A stretch of DNA of 64,000 nt from Candidatus Marinacidobacterium sp. (GCA_965220965.1 OZ244852.1:704001-768000), one strand, 5' to 3'; counted from the first letter of the stretch, positions 20,914 through 30,963 are shown. Program-made: numbers and translations. Notes: a model not told the origin generated them from the sequence alone.

Positions 20914-22650
20914 ATGAAGAGCCCGAAGACCCGCACCGGGGCCCAGATCATCTGGGAGACGCTCCTCGAGGAGGGGGTCGACACCGTCTTCGGGTATCCG
21001 GGGGGCGCCATCCTGCCCGCCTACGACGCGCTGCTCGACTACCCGATCCGCCACGTCCTGGTGCGCCACGAGCAGGGCGCCACCCACATGGCCGACGGGT
21101 TCGCCCGCGCCACCGGAGGCCTCGGGGTGGCGGTCGCCACCTCGGGGCCGGGCGCGACCAACATGGTGACCGGGATCGCCACCGCGATGCTGGACTCGTC
21201 GCCCATCCTCTGCGTCACCGGCCAGGTCGGGAGCGGGCTCATCGGAACGGACGCCTTCCAGGAGACGGACGTGACCGGCGTCACCCTGCCGATCACGAAG
21301 CACAACTACCTGGTCACCGATGTGGACGACATCGCCCCGGCGCTCCACGAGGCGGCCTATGTGGCCCGCTCCGGCCGGCCGGGCCCGGTCCTGGTGGACA
21401 TCACCAAGGACGCCCAGCAGGCGTCCACCGACGGAAAGTGGGACCGGGGGGCGATCGAGCTTCCCGGGTACCGCCCGCACGAGGCGCCCCCGGAGTCCGC
21501 CCTGCGCGACGCCGCGCGCCTGCTGAACGAGGCTGAGCGGCCGGTCATCCTCGCGGGCCACGGGATCCTCATCTCGGGGGCGATGCGGCAGGTCCGGGAC
21601 CTCGCCGAGCGGGGACAGATCCCGATCGCCATGACGCTGCTCGGGATCGGGGCGATCCCGGCCGAGCACCGCCTCAACATGGGCATGATGGGGATGCACG
21701 GGGAGTCCTGGGTGAACCGGGCCATCCAGGAGGCCGACCTTCTCCTGGCGCTCGGGATGCGCTTCGACGACCGCGTCACCGGTCGCCTCGCGACCTACGC
21801 CCCGAAGGCGCGCAAGATCCACATCGACATCGACCCCGCCGAGTTCCACAAGAACGTGCGGGTGGACATCGCGCTCGCCGGCGACCTCGGGGTCGTCCTC
21901 GCCGGCCTCGGCCCGCGAGTGGAGTCGCGGGACCGGTCGTCCTGGCTCGGGGAGATCGCGGAATTCCGCGGGGACCACGCGGTCCGCGACATCCAGCATC
22001 TGCCCGACAGCGGCCGGCTCTACGCGGCGCATGTCATCCACGACATCTGGAGGCTGACCGGCGGTCGGGCGGTGGTGGCCACCGACGTTGGCCAGCATCA
22101 GATGTGGGAGGCCCAGTACTACCGGCACAACGAGCCGCGTTCGCTGATCACCTCCGGGGGCCTCGGAACGATGGGGTTCGCGCTCCCGGCGGCGATCGGG
22201 GCCAAGGTGGCCCGGCCGGACGACGAGGTCTGGGTGATCGCCGGAGACGGCGGTTTCCAGATGACGATGTGCGAGCTCGCGACGATCGCGCAGGAGCGGC
22301 TCAAGCTGAACATCGCCATCATCAACAACGGCTATCTGGGCATGGTGCGTCAGTGGCAGGAGTTCTTCTACGACCGCCGCTACGCCGGCACGCCGTTGCT
22401 GAGCCCGGATTTCGCCGCCCTCGCCCGGTCCTTCGGCCTCGGCGGCGAAGTCGTCACGACGCGCGGGGGGGTGGAGGACGCGGTCCAGCGCGCCCGCGCC
22501 GAGGAGCGAACGGTCGTCCTCGAGTTCCAGGTGGAGAAGGAGGACACGGTGTATCCGATGGTTCCCACCGGCGCGCCCCTCCAGGAGATGATCCGCCGTC
22601 CCAAACGCGACTCCGAGGACGCTCCGGCCCCGGCCGGGGTCGAATGGTGA
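20914..22650 (+). CDS. ilvB: Acetolactate synthase large subunit
   Basis: FGYPGGAILP, RHEQGA, TSGPGATN, TDVGQHQMW, SGGLGTMGF, GDGGFQM, GMVRQWQ. Confidence 0.96.
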   Translation: MKSPKTRTGAQIIWETLLEEGVDTVFGYPGGAILPAYDALLDYPIRHVLVRHEQGATHMADGFARATGGLGVAVATSGPGATNMVTGIATAMLDSSPILCVTGQVGSGLIGTDAFQETDVTGVTLPITKHNYLVTDVDDIAPALHEAAYVARSGRPGPVLVDITKDAQQASTDGKWDRGAIELPGYRPHEAPPESALRDAARLLNEAERPVILAGHGILISGAMRQVRDLAERGQIPIAMTLLGIGAIPAEHRLNMGMMGMHGESWVNRAIQEADLLLALGMRFDDRVTGRLATYAPKARKIHIDIDPAEFHKNVRVDIALAGDLGVVLAGLGPRVESRDRSSWLGEIAEFRGDHAVRDIQHLPDSGRLYAAHVIHDIWRLTGGRAVVATDVGQHQMWEAQYYRHNEPRSLITSGGLGTMGFALPAAIGAKVARPDDEVWVIAGDGGFQMTMCELATIAQERLKLNIAIINNGYLGMVRQWQEFFYDRRYAGTPLLSPDFAALARSFGLGGEVVTTRGGVEDAVQRARAEERTVVLEFQVEKEDTVYPMVPTGAPLQEMIRRPKRDSEDAPAPAGVEW

Positions 22651-22657
22651 CGGCCTT

Positions 22658-23248
22658 TTGAGCGCGGCCCGCGAGGAAGCGGTCGCCGAGCGCATCTTCG
22701 CGCTGTGGGTGGAGGACCTCCCGGGGGTCCTGAACCGCATCACGTCGCTCTTCCGGCGTCGCGGCTTCAACATCGAGTCGCTGTCGGTGGGGCGGGCGCG
22801 CGAACCCGGCGTGTCCCGGATGACGATCGTGGTCCGGTGCGACCCGACAACGGCGCGCCGCCTCGCCGTCCAGGTCTCCCGGCTGGTCAACGTGCTTCGC
22901 TGCGACGAGATCACCGAGACCCCTTCGATCCAGCACGAACTCGCGATGTTCAAGGTGTCGGCGACGCCCGAGGAGCGCACCCAGGTGATCCAGCTCGCCA
23001 CCGCCACCGGGGCCCGCATCGTGGACGTGGCGCTCGAGTCGGTCGTGATCGAGGCCACCGCCTCCCCCAGGAAGATCGACGGCATTGCGGAGGTCCTCCG
23101 CCCCTACGGCATTCTGGAGCAGGTCCGCACCGGACTCGTGGGCATGGCGCGAAGCGCCGCCAGCGTCATGTCGGAGCCCGGGCCGCGGCATGTCGCGCGG
23201 CGTCGACGCGCGGCCTCCGGACCGCCCGACGGCTCCGGTTCCGTCTGA
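22658..23248 (+). CDS. ilvN: Acetolactate synthase small (regulatory) subunit
   Basis: ACT domain [24 protein letters not shown]; GILEQVRTG. Confidence 0.93.
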   Translation: MSAAREEAVAERIFALWVEDLPGVLNRITSLFRRRGFNIESLSVGRAREPGVSRMTIVVRCDPTTARRLAVQVSRLVNVLRCDEITETPSIQHELAMFKVSATPEERTQVIQLATATGARIVDVALESVVIEATASPRKIDGIAEVLRPYGILEQVRTGLVGMARSAASVMSEPGPRHVARRRRAASGPPDGSGSV

Positions 23249-23280
23249 TCGCAAACTCTCCCGCGAAAGGAGACAACTCC

Positions 23281-24294
<1,014 letters not shown>

Positions 24295-24356
24295 GCGGGG
24301 CGCGGACGCCGCGGCGCCCCGTACCATTCCCGGTTCTCCGCTGGAGGAGGTTGTTC

Positions 24357-26978
24357 ATGGTCCGAGCCGCTCTGCTGTCCCTGCTGATCGCTGCGCCGGG
24401 GGCTTTCGCCGCCGCCGCGCAGGCGCAAGAGATCCCGGCGCCCGCCGAGGCTCTCGGTTTCGAGCCGGGCGACGACTACAAGCTGGCGCTGTGGGACGAG
24501 CTCCTGTCCTACTACCGCGATCTGGCGGCGGCGAGCGACCGCGTCGAGTTGCGCCAGATCGGCGAGACGGTGCTCGGCAAGCCGCTCATCATGCTGTTCG
24601 TCTCCTCGCCGGAGAATCTGGCCCGCCTCGACGAACACCGCGCCAACGCCCAGGCCATGGCGCAGGCCGACATCTCCGAGGCGGAGGCGCTTCGCATCTC
24701 GCGGGAAGGCAAGGCGATCGTCTGGATCGACGCCGGCCTCCACGCCACCGAGGTGGCCCCGGCCCAGATGATGCCGCTCCTCGCCCATCGCATGGCCACC
24801 GAGGAATCGGACGAGATGGATGCGATCCGGGACCGCGTCATCACGATCCTGATGCCCTGCATGAATCCCGACGGGCTCGACATCGTGGCCTCCTGGTACC
24901 AGCGCAACCTGGGAACGCCCTTCGAGACGACGCGGCCTCCCGAGCTTTACCACCACTACGTGGGCCACGACAACAACCGCGACTGGTTCATGAACAACAT
25001 GCCCGAGACGGCCGCCGTCAGCCGCGTGCTCTACCACGAGTGGTTCCCGCAGATCGTCTACAACCACCACCAGACCGGGCCGGCGTGGGCGCGGATCTTC
25101 ATTCCGCCCTTCGCCGACCCGGTGAACCCGAGGATCCATCCCGGGGTGACGACTTCGGTGAACCTGATCGGATCGGCGATGGCGAACCGGTTCGCCATGA
25201 AGCGGATGCCCGGGGCCGTCTCCGACATGATCTATTCCATGTGGTGGAACGGTGGGATGCGCACGGTCCCCTACTTCCACAACATGATCGGCCTGCTCAC
25301 CGAGACCTCGCACGCCTCGGCGAGTCCCCGGATCTACGACCCGGCGGATCGTCCGGCTTTCGTCGGCAATCCCCGCAGGGGACAGGCGGCGCCCACGAAT
25401 GGCACGGATGTGTTCTACCCCTATCCGTGGGAAGGGGGTGAGTCACCCTTCTCCGATCCGATCCGGTACACGCTGACCGCATCGATGGCGGTCCTCGATG
25501 TGGCCGCCGACCTTCGCGAAAAGTGGCTGTTCGACATCTGGCGGATGGGGCGCGACGCCATCGAGAACAGCGACAACGACTGGATCGCGCCGGCCGGGCA
25601 GTGGGATCCGGGCGAGACGGCCGCGCTGATCAACGTTCTCCTCGAGGGCGGCGTCCGGGTCGAGCGGGCCACCAGGGAGTTCGAGGTGGACGGGGTCTCC
25701 TACGACGCCGGCTCCTACATCGTCCCCGGCGCGCAGGCGTTCCGCGCCTACGCCGAGGACCTGCTCGAGGAACAGGCCTACCCGGATCGGCGGCGCACGC
25801 CCGATGGCCCCCCGGATCCCCCCTACGACCTCGCCGGGTGGACGCTGCCGATGCAGATGGGCGTGCGGGTGGATCGCGTCCCGTCCATCGAGGTTCCCTC
25901 CGAGCCGGTCAACGGCCCGGTCCGGGCCCCGGCGGGCGAGGTGGACGTCGGGCGGTTCGGCTATGCGATCTCGCATGCGCCGAACGCGGCGGTCATCGCC
26001 CAGAACCGGCTTCTGGCCGCCGGCGCCGATGTCGCCTGGGCCCGGGAGTCCTTCTCCTCCCAGGGGCGCGACTTCCCCGCCGGAACGCTTGTCGTCCCGC
26101 GATCGGACCCGGCCGACGCCGCCATGGAGGGGATCGGATCCGAGCTGGGACTGGATGTCGCGGGCCTCGATGAGGCCCCCGCCGTCGAGCTGTATTCCCT
26201 CGCTCCCACCCGGGTGGGGCTCTACAAGTCGTGGGTGGCGAGCATGGACGAGGGCTGGACCCGGTGGCTGCTCGAGAACTACGAATACGACCTCACGAAC
26301 CTCTCGGATGACGATGTGCGAAGCGGCGACCTGTCCCGCCTCGACGTGATCGTGCTGCCGCATCAGTCGCCGCAGGAGATCCTTCAGGGCCACGCCCCGG
26401 GGACGATGCCCGCCGAGTACACCGGCGGCGTCGGACTCGAGGGCGCTCTCGCGCTTCACCGGTTCGTCGAGGAAGGCGGCACGCTGGTGGCGCTCGACCA
26501 GGCCAGCGACTTCGTGATTTCCCAGTTCGGACTGCCCCTCCGGAACGTCACCGCGTCGCTGTCCGAGAACCGCTTCTTCATCCCCGGTTCGCTGATCCGC
26601 GCGGTCGTGGACACTGGCCATCCGCTCGCCTTCGGGATGCGGGATGAGGTCGCGACCCAGTTCGTCCGCAGCCGCGCCTTCGACGTCGCATCGCTTCCGC
26701 GCCGCCGCGAGGGAGGGGAGGAAACGACGGTCGAGCCGCCCCCTCCGAACGTGGAGGTCATCGCCCGTTACGCCGAGAAGGATCTGCTCATGAGCGGCTG
26801 GGCGTTCGGGGAGGAAAGCGCCATCGGCGGCAAGATCGCCATGGCGCGCGTCCCCGTCGGCGCCGGGGAGGTCGTCCTCTTCGGCTTCCGCCCCCAGTTC
26901 CGCGGGCAGCCGCGCGGCACCTACAAGCTGCTGCTCAACGCGCTGAACGGCGCCACCGTCGAGGACTTCGGTCGCTGA
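24357..26978 (+). CDS. Secreted M14-family zinc carboxypeptidase-like protein
   Basis: Signal peptide; LHATE, NPDG, DNNRD, NHHQ motifs; C-terminal MDEGWTRW / FRPQFR domain; SD GGAGGAGG. Confidence 0.82.
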   Translation: MVRAALLSLLIAAPGAFAAAAQAQEIPAPAEALGFEPGDDYKLALWDELLSYYRDLAAASDRVELRQIGETVLGKPLIMLFVSSPENLARLDEHRANAQAMAQADISEAEALRISREGKAIVWIDAGLHATEVAPAQMMPLLAHRMATEESDEMDAIRDRVITILMPCMNPDGLDIVASWYQRNLGTPFETTRPPELYHHYVGHDNNRDWFMNNMPETAAVSRVLYHEWFPQIVYNHHQTGPAWARIFIPPFADPVNPRIHPGVTTSVNLIGSAMANRFAMKRMPGAVSDMIYSMWWNGGMRTVPYFHNMIGLLTETSHASASPRIYDPADRPAFVGNPRRGQAAPTNGTDVFYPYPWEGGESPFSDPIRYTLTASMAVLDVAADLREKWLFDIWRMGRDAIENSDNDWIAPAGQWDPGETAALINVLLEGGVRVERATREFEVDGVSYDAGSYIVPGAQAFRAYAEDLLEEQAYPDRRRTPDGPPDPPYDLAGWTLPMQMGVRVDRVPSIEVPSEPVNGPVRAPAGEVDVGRFGYAISHAPNAAVIAQNRLLAAGADVAWARESFSSQGRDFPAGTLVVPRSDPADAAMEGIGSELGLDVAGLDEAPAVELYSLAPTRVGLYKSWVASMDEGWTRWLLENYEYDLTNLSDDDVRSGDLSRLDVIVLPHQSPQEILQGHAPGTMPAEYTGGVGLEGALALHRFVEEGGTLVALDQASDFVISQFGLPLRNVTASLSENRFFIPGSLIRAVVDTGHPLAFGMRDEVATQFVRSRAFDVASLPRRREGGEETTVEPPPPNVEVIARYAEKDLLMSGWAFGEESAIGGKIAMARVPVGAGEVVLFGFRPQFRGQPRGTYKLLLNALNGATVEDFGR

Positions 26979-27015
26979 GCCGGGCGGCGCTCCGGAGCGG
27001 TGTGGCGGTGTCGGG

Positions 27016-27738
27016 ATGACGCCCGTCACCCCGGCGCTGTTCGACTTCCTGCGCGATCTGGCGGCGAACAACGAGCGGGCCTGGTTCCAGGCGAACCGGG
27101 ACCGTTACGAGGCGGATGTCGTCCGCCCGATGCTCGATTTCGTGGCGGCCTTCGCCGCGCCGCTGGCCGAGATCAGCCCCCACTTCCGCGCTGACCCGAG
27201 GCGGAATGGCGGGTCCATGTTCCGGATCCACCGGGACGTGCGCTTCGCCCGGGACAAGTCGCCCTACAAGACGAATGTCGGGGCGCAGTTCCGCCATGCG
27301 ATGGGGAAGGATGTCCACGCCCCCGCCTTCTACCTCCATCTGGCGCCCGGCGAGTGCTTCGCCGCCGCGGGCGTCTGGCGGCCCGACTCCGGCGCCTTGG
27401 GGCGGATCCGCGACGCCCTGGTGGAACGACCGGCGACCTGGACGCGTATCGTCAGCGCCCCGGCGTTCCGGAGCACGCTGCGGCTGGCGGGCGAGTCCCT
27501 GAAGCGCGCTCCGAGGGGATACGACCCGGCGCACCCGCTCGTTTCCGACCTGAAGCGCAAGGACTTCGTGGCGGTCGCCGATCTTCTGGAGGAGGATGTC
27601 GTGCGGAGCGGCTTCCTCGAGGAGTTCGCCCGGATCGCCCGCGCCGCCGCTCCATTCATGGCGTTCCTCTGCCAGGCGATCGGCGTCCCGTTCGGGTCCG
27701 ATGACCCGCCGCCCACGGGCGCCGAGGTCGACTGCTAG
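27016..27738 (+). CDS. DUF2461 (TIGR02453)-like protein
   Basis: FLRDLAANNERAWF, FRIHRDVRFARDKSPYK, LKRAPRGY, LKRK. Confidence 0.85.
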   Translation: MTPVTPALFDFLRDLAANNERAWFQANRDRYEADVVRPMLDFVAAFAAPLAEISPHFRADPRRNGGSMFRIHRDVRFARDKSPYKTNVGAQFRHAMGKDVHAPAFYLHLAPGECFAAAGVWRPDSGALGRIRDALVERPATWTRIVSAPAFRSTLRLAGESLKRAPRGYDPAHPLVSDLKRKDFVAVADLLEEDVVRSGFLEEFARIARAAAPFMAFLCQAIGVPFGSDDPPPTGAEVDC

Positions 27739-27752
27739 AATCCGCGCCGCTC

Positions 27753-28025
27753 ATGTCGCGCACCTGCCCGCTGACCGGAAAGCGTCCCCTCGCGGGGAAC
27801 TCGATCAGCCACGCCCACAACAAGAACCGGCGGCGCCAGCTTCCCAACCTGCAGTGGAAGTCGGTGTGGGTTCCGGAGCTGGGGCGCACCGTCCGGCTTC
27901 GGCTGAGCACGCGCGCGCTGCGCACCATCGACAAGAAGGGTCTCGTTCCGTACCTGCGGGGCGAGGGGCTGCGGCTGAAGGATGTCCTTCCTCCCCGCGC
28001 CCACGCCCGCAACGTCTCCATCTGA
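27753..28025 (+). CDS. rpmB: 50S ribosomal protein L28
   Basis: MSRTCPLTGK...GNSISHAHNKNRRRQLPNLQ...LSTRALRTIDK. Confidence 0.95.
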   Translation: MSRTCPLTGKRPLAGNSISHAHNKNRRRQLPNLQWKSVWVPELGRTVRLRLSTRALRTIDKKGLVPYLRGEGLRLKDVLPPRAHARNVSI

Positions 28026-28096
28026 GCGCCGCCTCGCGCCTGGCCGCGGGACCCCGCGAACCGCCGGGTTCGAGCGGCCGGGAACCAGGCCTCCGC

Positions 28097-28105
28097 TGGT
28101 ATCCT
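28097..28105 (+). promoter_or_regulatory. Putative extended -10 promoter (TGG-TATCCT), 7 nt before ATG 28113; possibly leaderless
   Basis: TGnTAnnnT pattern and no SD between it and the start codon. Confidence 0.4.
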
Positions 28106-28112
28106 TGAATCG

Positions 28113-28469
28113 ATGAGTCTTGTCGGCCGGGCTCTCGGAACCGCCGCGCCGTTCGTCCCCGCCAGAGAGATCGACGAGGTCCTCGCGGACCCGAAGGTGC
28201 TGCTCCTCGATGTGCGCACCGCACGCGAGCTGCACGAGGCGGGCACGATTCCCGGCGCGGTGCACGTTCATCTGGGTGAGCTCGCGGACCGGCTCGAGGA
28301 GCTGCCGCGCGACCGCCCGGTCCTGACCACCTGAATGGTGGGACCCCGGGCTGCGCGGGCCGCAGCCATCCTGGAACGCGCCGGGTTCGAGGTCGTCGGA
28401 TTCTCCGGCCTGGTCAAGTACACCGGTGAGCGCGAGTACCGCGCGATGGAAAACGAAGGAGGTTCGTGA
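28113..28469 (+). CDS. Rhodanese-like sulfurtransferase, predicted selenoprotein (TGA 28332-28334 = Sec74), 118 aa
   Basis: LLDVRT, TIPGAVHV, then PVLTT-[TGA]-MVGPRAARAAAILERAGFEVVGFSGL; the rhodanese fold continues past the TGA to a stop at 28467-28469 that overlaps the next ATG. Confidence 0.85.
28349..28367 (+). promoter_or_regulatory. Candidate bacterial SECIS hairpin of rhodanese 1
   Basis: GGCTGCG-CGGGC-CGCAGCC: perfect 7-bp stem, 5-nt loop starting 22 nt after the UGA, G at loop position 2. Confidence 0.65.
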
Positions 28470-28912
28470 TGGAACAACGCGGAACACGGGTCGGGCTCGT
28501 TCCGATCACCGCCATGCTCGCCGGGCTGGCGCTCGGGGCGTGCGGAACCGGGGGCGGCGAGACCGCCGGCGGCGAGAGCGCCGGCGGGAGCGCGGAGCCT
28601 GCCGAGGCGGCGCCCCGGGTGGAGGCCGCCGACATCGACGCGGCGCTCGCGAACGGAGCGCTCCTGCTCGACGTGCGCACTTCCGAGGAACTCGCGGAGC
28701 ACGGCACGATCGACGGCTTCGTCCACATCCCGATCGACGAACTGGAGGCGAGGATCGGTGAACTCCCCACGGGAGTTCCCATCCTCACTGCTTGACAGGG
28801 TGGCGGAAGAGCCGCGCGTGCCGCGGAGCTGCTCACTGCGAATGGATACGAGGTCGTGGGTTTCTGCGGTCTCCGTGACTACGAGGGCGAGAGGGTCTAT
28901 CCGGGAAGCTGA
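28469..28912 (+). CDS. Lipoprotein rhodanese-like sulfurtransferase, predicted selenoprotein (TGA 28793-28795 = Sec109), 147 aa
   Basis: SD GAAGGAGG; lipobox LALGAC; LLDVRT; PILTA-[TGA]-QGGGRAARAAELLTANGYEVVGFCGLRDYEGERVYPGS; paralog of the upstream gene on both sides of the TGA. Confidence 0.87.
28812..28826 (+). promoter_or_regulatory. Candidate bacterial SECIS hairpin of rhodanese 2
   Basis: CCGCG-CGTGC-CGCGG: 5-bp stem, loop starting 22 nt after the UGA; same geometry as the first hairpin. Confidence 0.6.
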
Positions 28913-28962
28913 CCGGACGGACTGAACCGGGACACCCGCCCCGGGCCTCGGGCCTGAGGCAC

Positions 28963-28991
28963 ACCGCTCCCGCCTTCGGGAGCGGTTTGTT
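28963..28991 (+). terminator. Probable intrinsic terminator after the rhodanese pair
   Basis: ACCGCTCCCG-CCTT-CGGGAGCGGT followed by TTGTT. Confidence 0.6.
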
Positions 28992-29112
28992 CGGGCCGGC
29001 TTCGAGAAGTTCGCCGGACACGCGATCGCCGGGCTTCTGTGACCCTGGCGATCCCGCGGGTAGCGTCCCGGGTTCACCGAACGCGCGGAATCCGTTGACC
29101 CGAGGCCACGAG

Positions 29113-29592
29113 ATGAAGACCTTCGGCGGCTTCCAGCGTCGCTTTGTTCGTTTTCTGGAACGGGCGACCGATGTCAGCAGCTTTACCGAACTGGCTACCA
29201 CCGAGCGGGCGTCCGCCGGTGTTTCGCACCGGTTGGACTACCTCAGGCAGAGCGACCCCTGCGACGCCGACTGGGTGGTCTTCCAGAGGGCTCCTGACGG
29301 CGAAGAAGTGCGCTGGATCGTGGTGACAAGAAAGAGCGACTGTCTCGAAGACAAAGACGACGACGCTCTCCATGACTGGTGTCGCCAGGCCAGGCGGGTC
29401 ACGGCGGAGGAGTGGCGTTTCACTCGGATCAACAAGATCGACTTCGATGCGGTCGAGGCGCAAGCGGAGACGTTCGGCGACCTCTTCGCGCATTGCTGGA
29501 TGCGGGAAGCGCGCCGCCTCCGGGAGGAACTCGGGATCGCCCCGATGACGCACGAGGAGATCAGGGCGGCCATCGAGGAGGGGAGAGAGTGA
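29113..29592 (+). CDS. Hypothetical protein: degenerate type III restriction Res C-terminal-like domain with an antitoxin-like tail
   Basis: FQRRFVRFLERATDV...LDYL...ADWVVFQ...WIVVTRK...DWCRQ...WRFTRIN recalls the Res nuclease region; tail MTHEEIRAAIEEGRE. Confidence 0.45.
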   Translation: MKTFGGFQRRFVRFLERATDVSSFTELATTERASAGVSHRLDYLRQSDPCDADWVVFQRAPDGEEVRWIVVTRKSDCLEDKDDDALHDWCRQARRVTAEEWRFTRINKIDFDAVEAQAETFGDLFAHCWMREARRLREELGIAPMTHEEIRAAIEEGRE

Positions 29593-29736
29593 AGCTGGCG
29601 TCCTGGTCGCTCTCGGCGCCCTCGTGGTCGTCCCGGGAGACCTGACGGGGAGCCAGGGCGGAACAGGAGCGGGAGTTCCGTTCCTGATCGGGCCGGGGTG
29701 GACGGTGCGCCCCTCGACGCTGACCCCCGTACAGCG

Positions 29737-29768
29737 AAAACCCCCGGGGCGCGAACGCCCCGGGGGTT
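29737..29768 (-). terminator. Intrinsic terminator downstream of the aminotransferase pair
   Basis: On the minus strand AACCCCCGGGGCG-TTCG-CGCCCCGGGGGTTTT: 13-bp stem, UUCG loop, U tract. Confidence 0.8.
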
Positions 29769-29787
29769 CCGTCGGCGGAGTGTCGGG

Positions 29788-30963
29788 TTACGCCGCCATC
29801 TTCATGGCCGAGTCGAGCACGTTCGCCATCTTCGCGGCGGCGCGCTGCATCTCGTCCATCGTGCCGATCGAGATCCGGCAGCGGGTCCACAGCGGCGGGA
29901 ACGGCCGGCCGACCCGGACGCCTTCCGCGGCGCAGGCGGCCTGGAACTGCTCCACCGGCATCCCCACATCCGTGAAGATGAAGTTCGTCTGGGCGTCGGT
30001 CGCGTTGAAGCCACGGTCCCGGAAGAACTTCAGGATGAAGTCGCGGGCCTCGGCGTTCCGCGCCTTCTCGTTCGGCAGGAACTCGGGGTTGGCTCGGTCG
30101 CGCTCCAGCGCGGCGTTCGCCGCGACGAGCGCCGGGATGCTCACCGAGTTGCCCATGTGGAACTCGCTCAGCTCGGCGACCGTGTCGGCGTGCGCGATCG
30201 CGTAGCCGATCCGGAGACCCGCCATCCCGTAGGCCTTCGAGAAGGTCCGCGCCACGATGACCCGGGGGTTCTCGAGCGCCATCGGGATCATCGTCTCGTG
30301 GCCGGGAGTGGTCACGTAGTCGATGTAGGCCTCGTCCACGAGGATGCGGAGATCCTTCTCGGTGTCGAGCGCGCGGGTCAGGAAGTCCGTGCTGTCCGAG
30401 GGGTCAACCAGCGTCGCGACCGGGTTGTTCGGGTTGCAGTAGAACAGCATCCCGCTCCCCTTGACCGCGTGGAGCGTCTGGTCGAGGTCCATCTTGAAGT
30501 CCGCGGTCAGCGGGACGGCCTTCGTCCGGTAGCCCATGAGCGCCGCGTAACCGAAGCACTCCTCGTAGGTCGGCAGCGACCCGACGAGCGCCTTGTCGGC
30601 GCTGGCGTACTGGTGCGTGGAGTCCACCAGGATCTGGGTGGAGCCGGCGCCGATCAGGACGTTGTCGGTGCTGACGCCGAACTTCTCGGCGATCGCCTCC
30701 TGGGCGGGCCCGAGGAAGCGGAACGGGTAGCGGCCGGCGATCACGCCATCGGGACCGATGACGGAGTCGATCGCGTCCATCACCTCGTCACCAGGACCGA
30801 GAGAGTTCTCGTTGTTCGCCAGGTTGATCGCCTCTTCAGGCTGGATCCCCATTTCCGCCGCGAACGCGTACTGCTCGCGGAGACGGGACCGCACCATCGT
30901 GGCGGCGTAGAGGCCGGCGGCGCCAGCGGAAGCGTGCCGGAGGAAACGGCGGCGAGAGAGCAT
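29788..30963 (-). CDS. Tat-exported class I/II PLP aminotransferase (HisC-like), paralog 1
   Basis: MLSRRRFL Tat motif; LANNEN, CNPNNP, DEAY, RTFSKAYGMAGLRIGY; SD GAGGAGG. Confidence 0.88.
   Translation of the reverse strand: MLSRRRFLRHASAGAAGLYAATMVRSRLREQYAFAAEMGIQPEEAINLANNENSLGPGDEVMDAIDSVIGPDGVIAGRYPFRFLGPAQEAIAEKFGVSTDNVLIGAGSTQILVDSTHQYASADKALVGSLPTYEECFGYAALMGYRTKAVPLTADFKMDLDQTLHAVKGSGMLFYCNPNNPVATLVDPSDSTDFLTRALDTEKDLRILVDEAYIDYVTTPGHETMIPMALENPRVIVARTFSKAYGMAGLRIGYAIAHADTVAELSEFHMGNSVSIPALVAANAALERDRANPEFLPNEKARNAEARDFILKFFRDRGFNATDAQTNFIFTDVGMPVEQFQAACAAEGVRVGRPFPPLWTRCRISIGTMDEMQRAAAKMANVLDSAMKMAA

Noticed and set aside
28332-28795. Alternative readings of the rhodanese TGAs as pseudogene stops or a reassigned genetic code
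   Set aside because: Both TGAs hit the same catalytic column with conserved downstream sequence and hairpins, and TGA terminates ordinary genes here (rpmI, rplT, thrS, ilvC).
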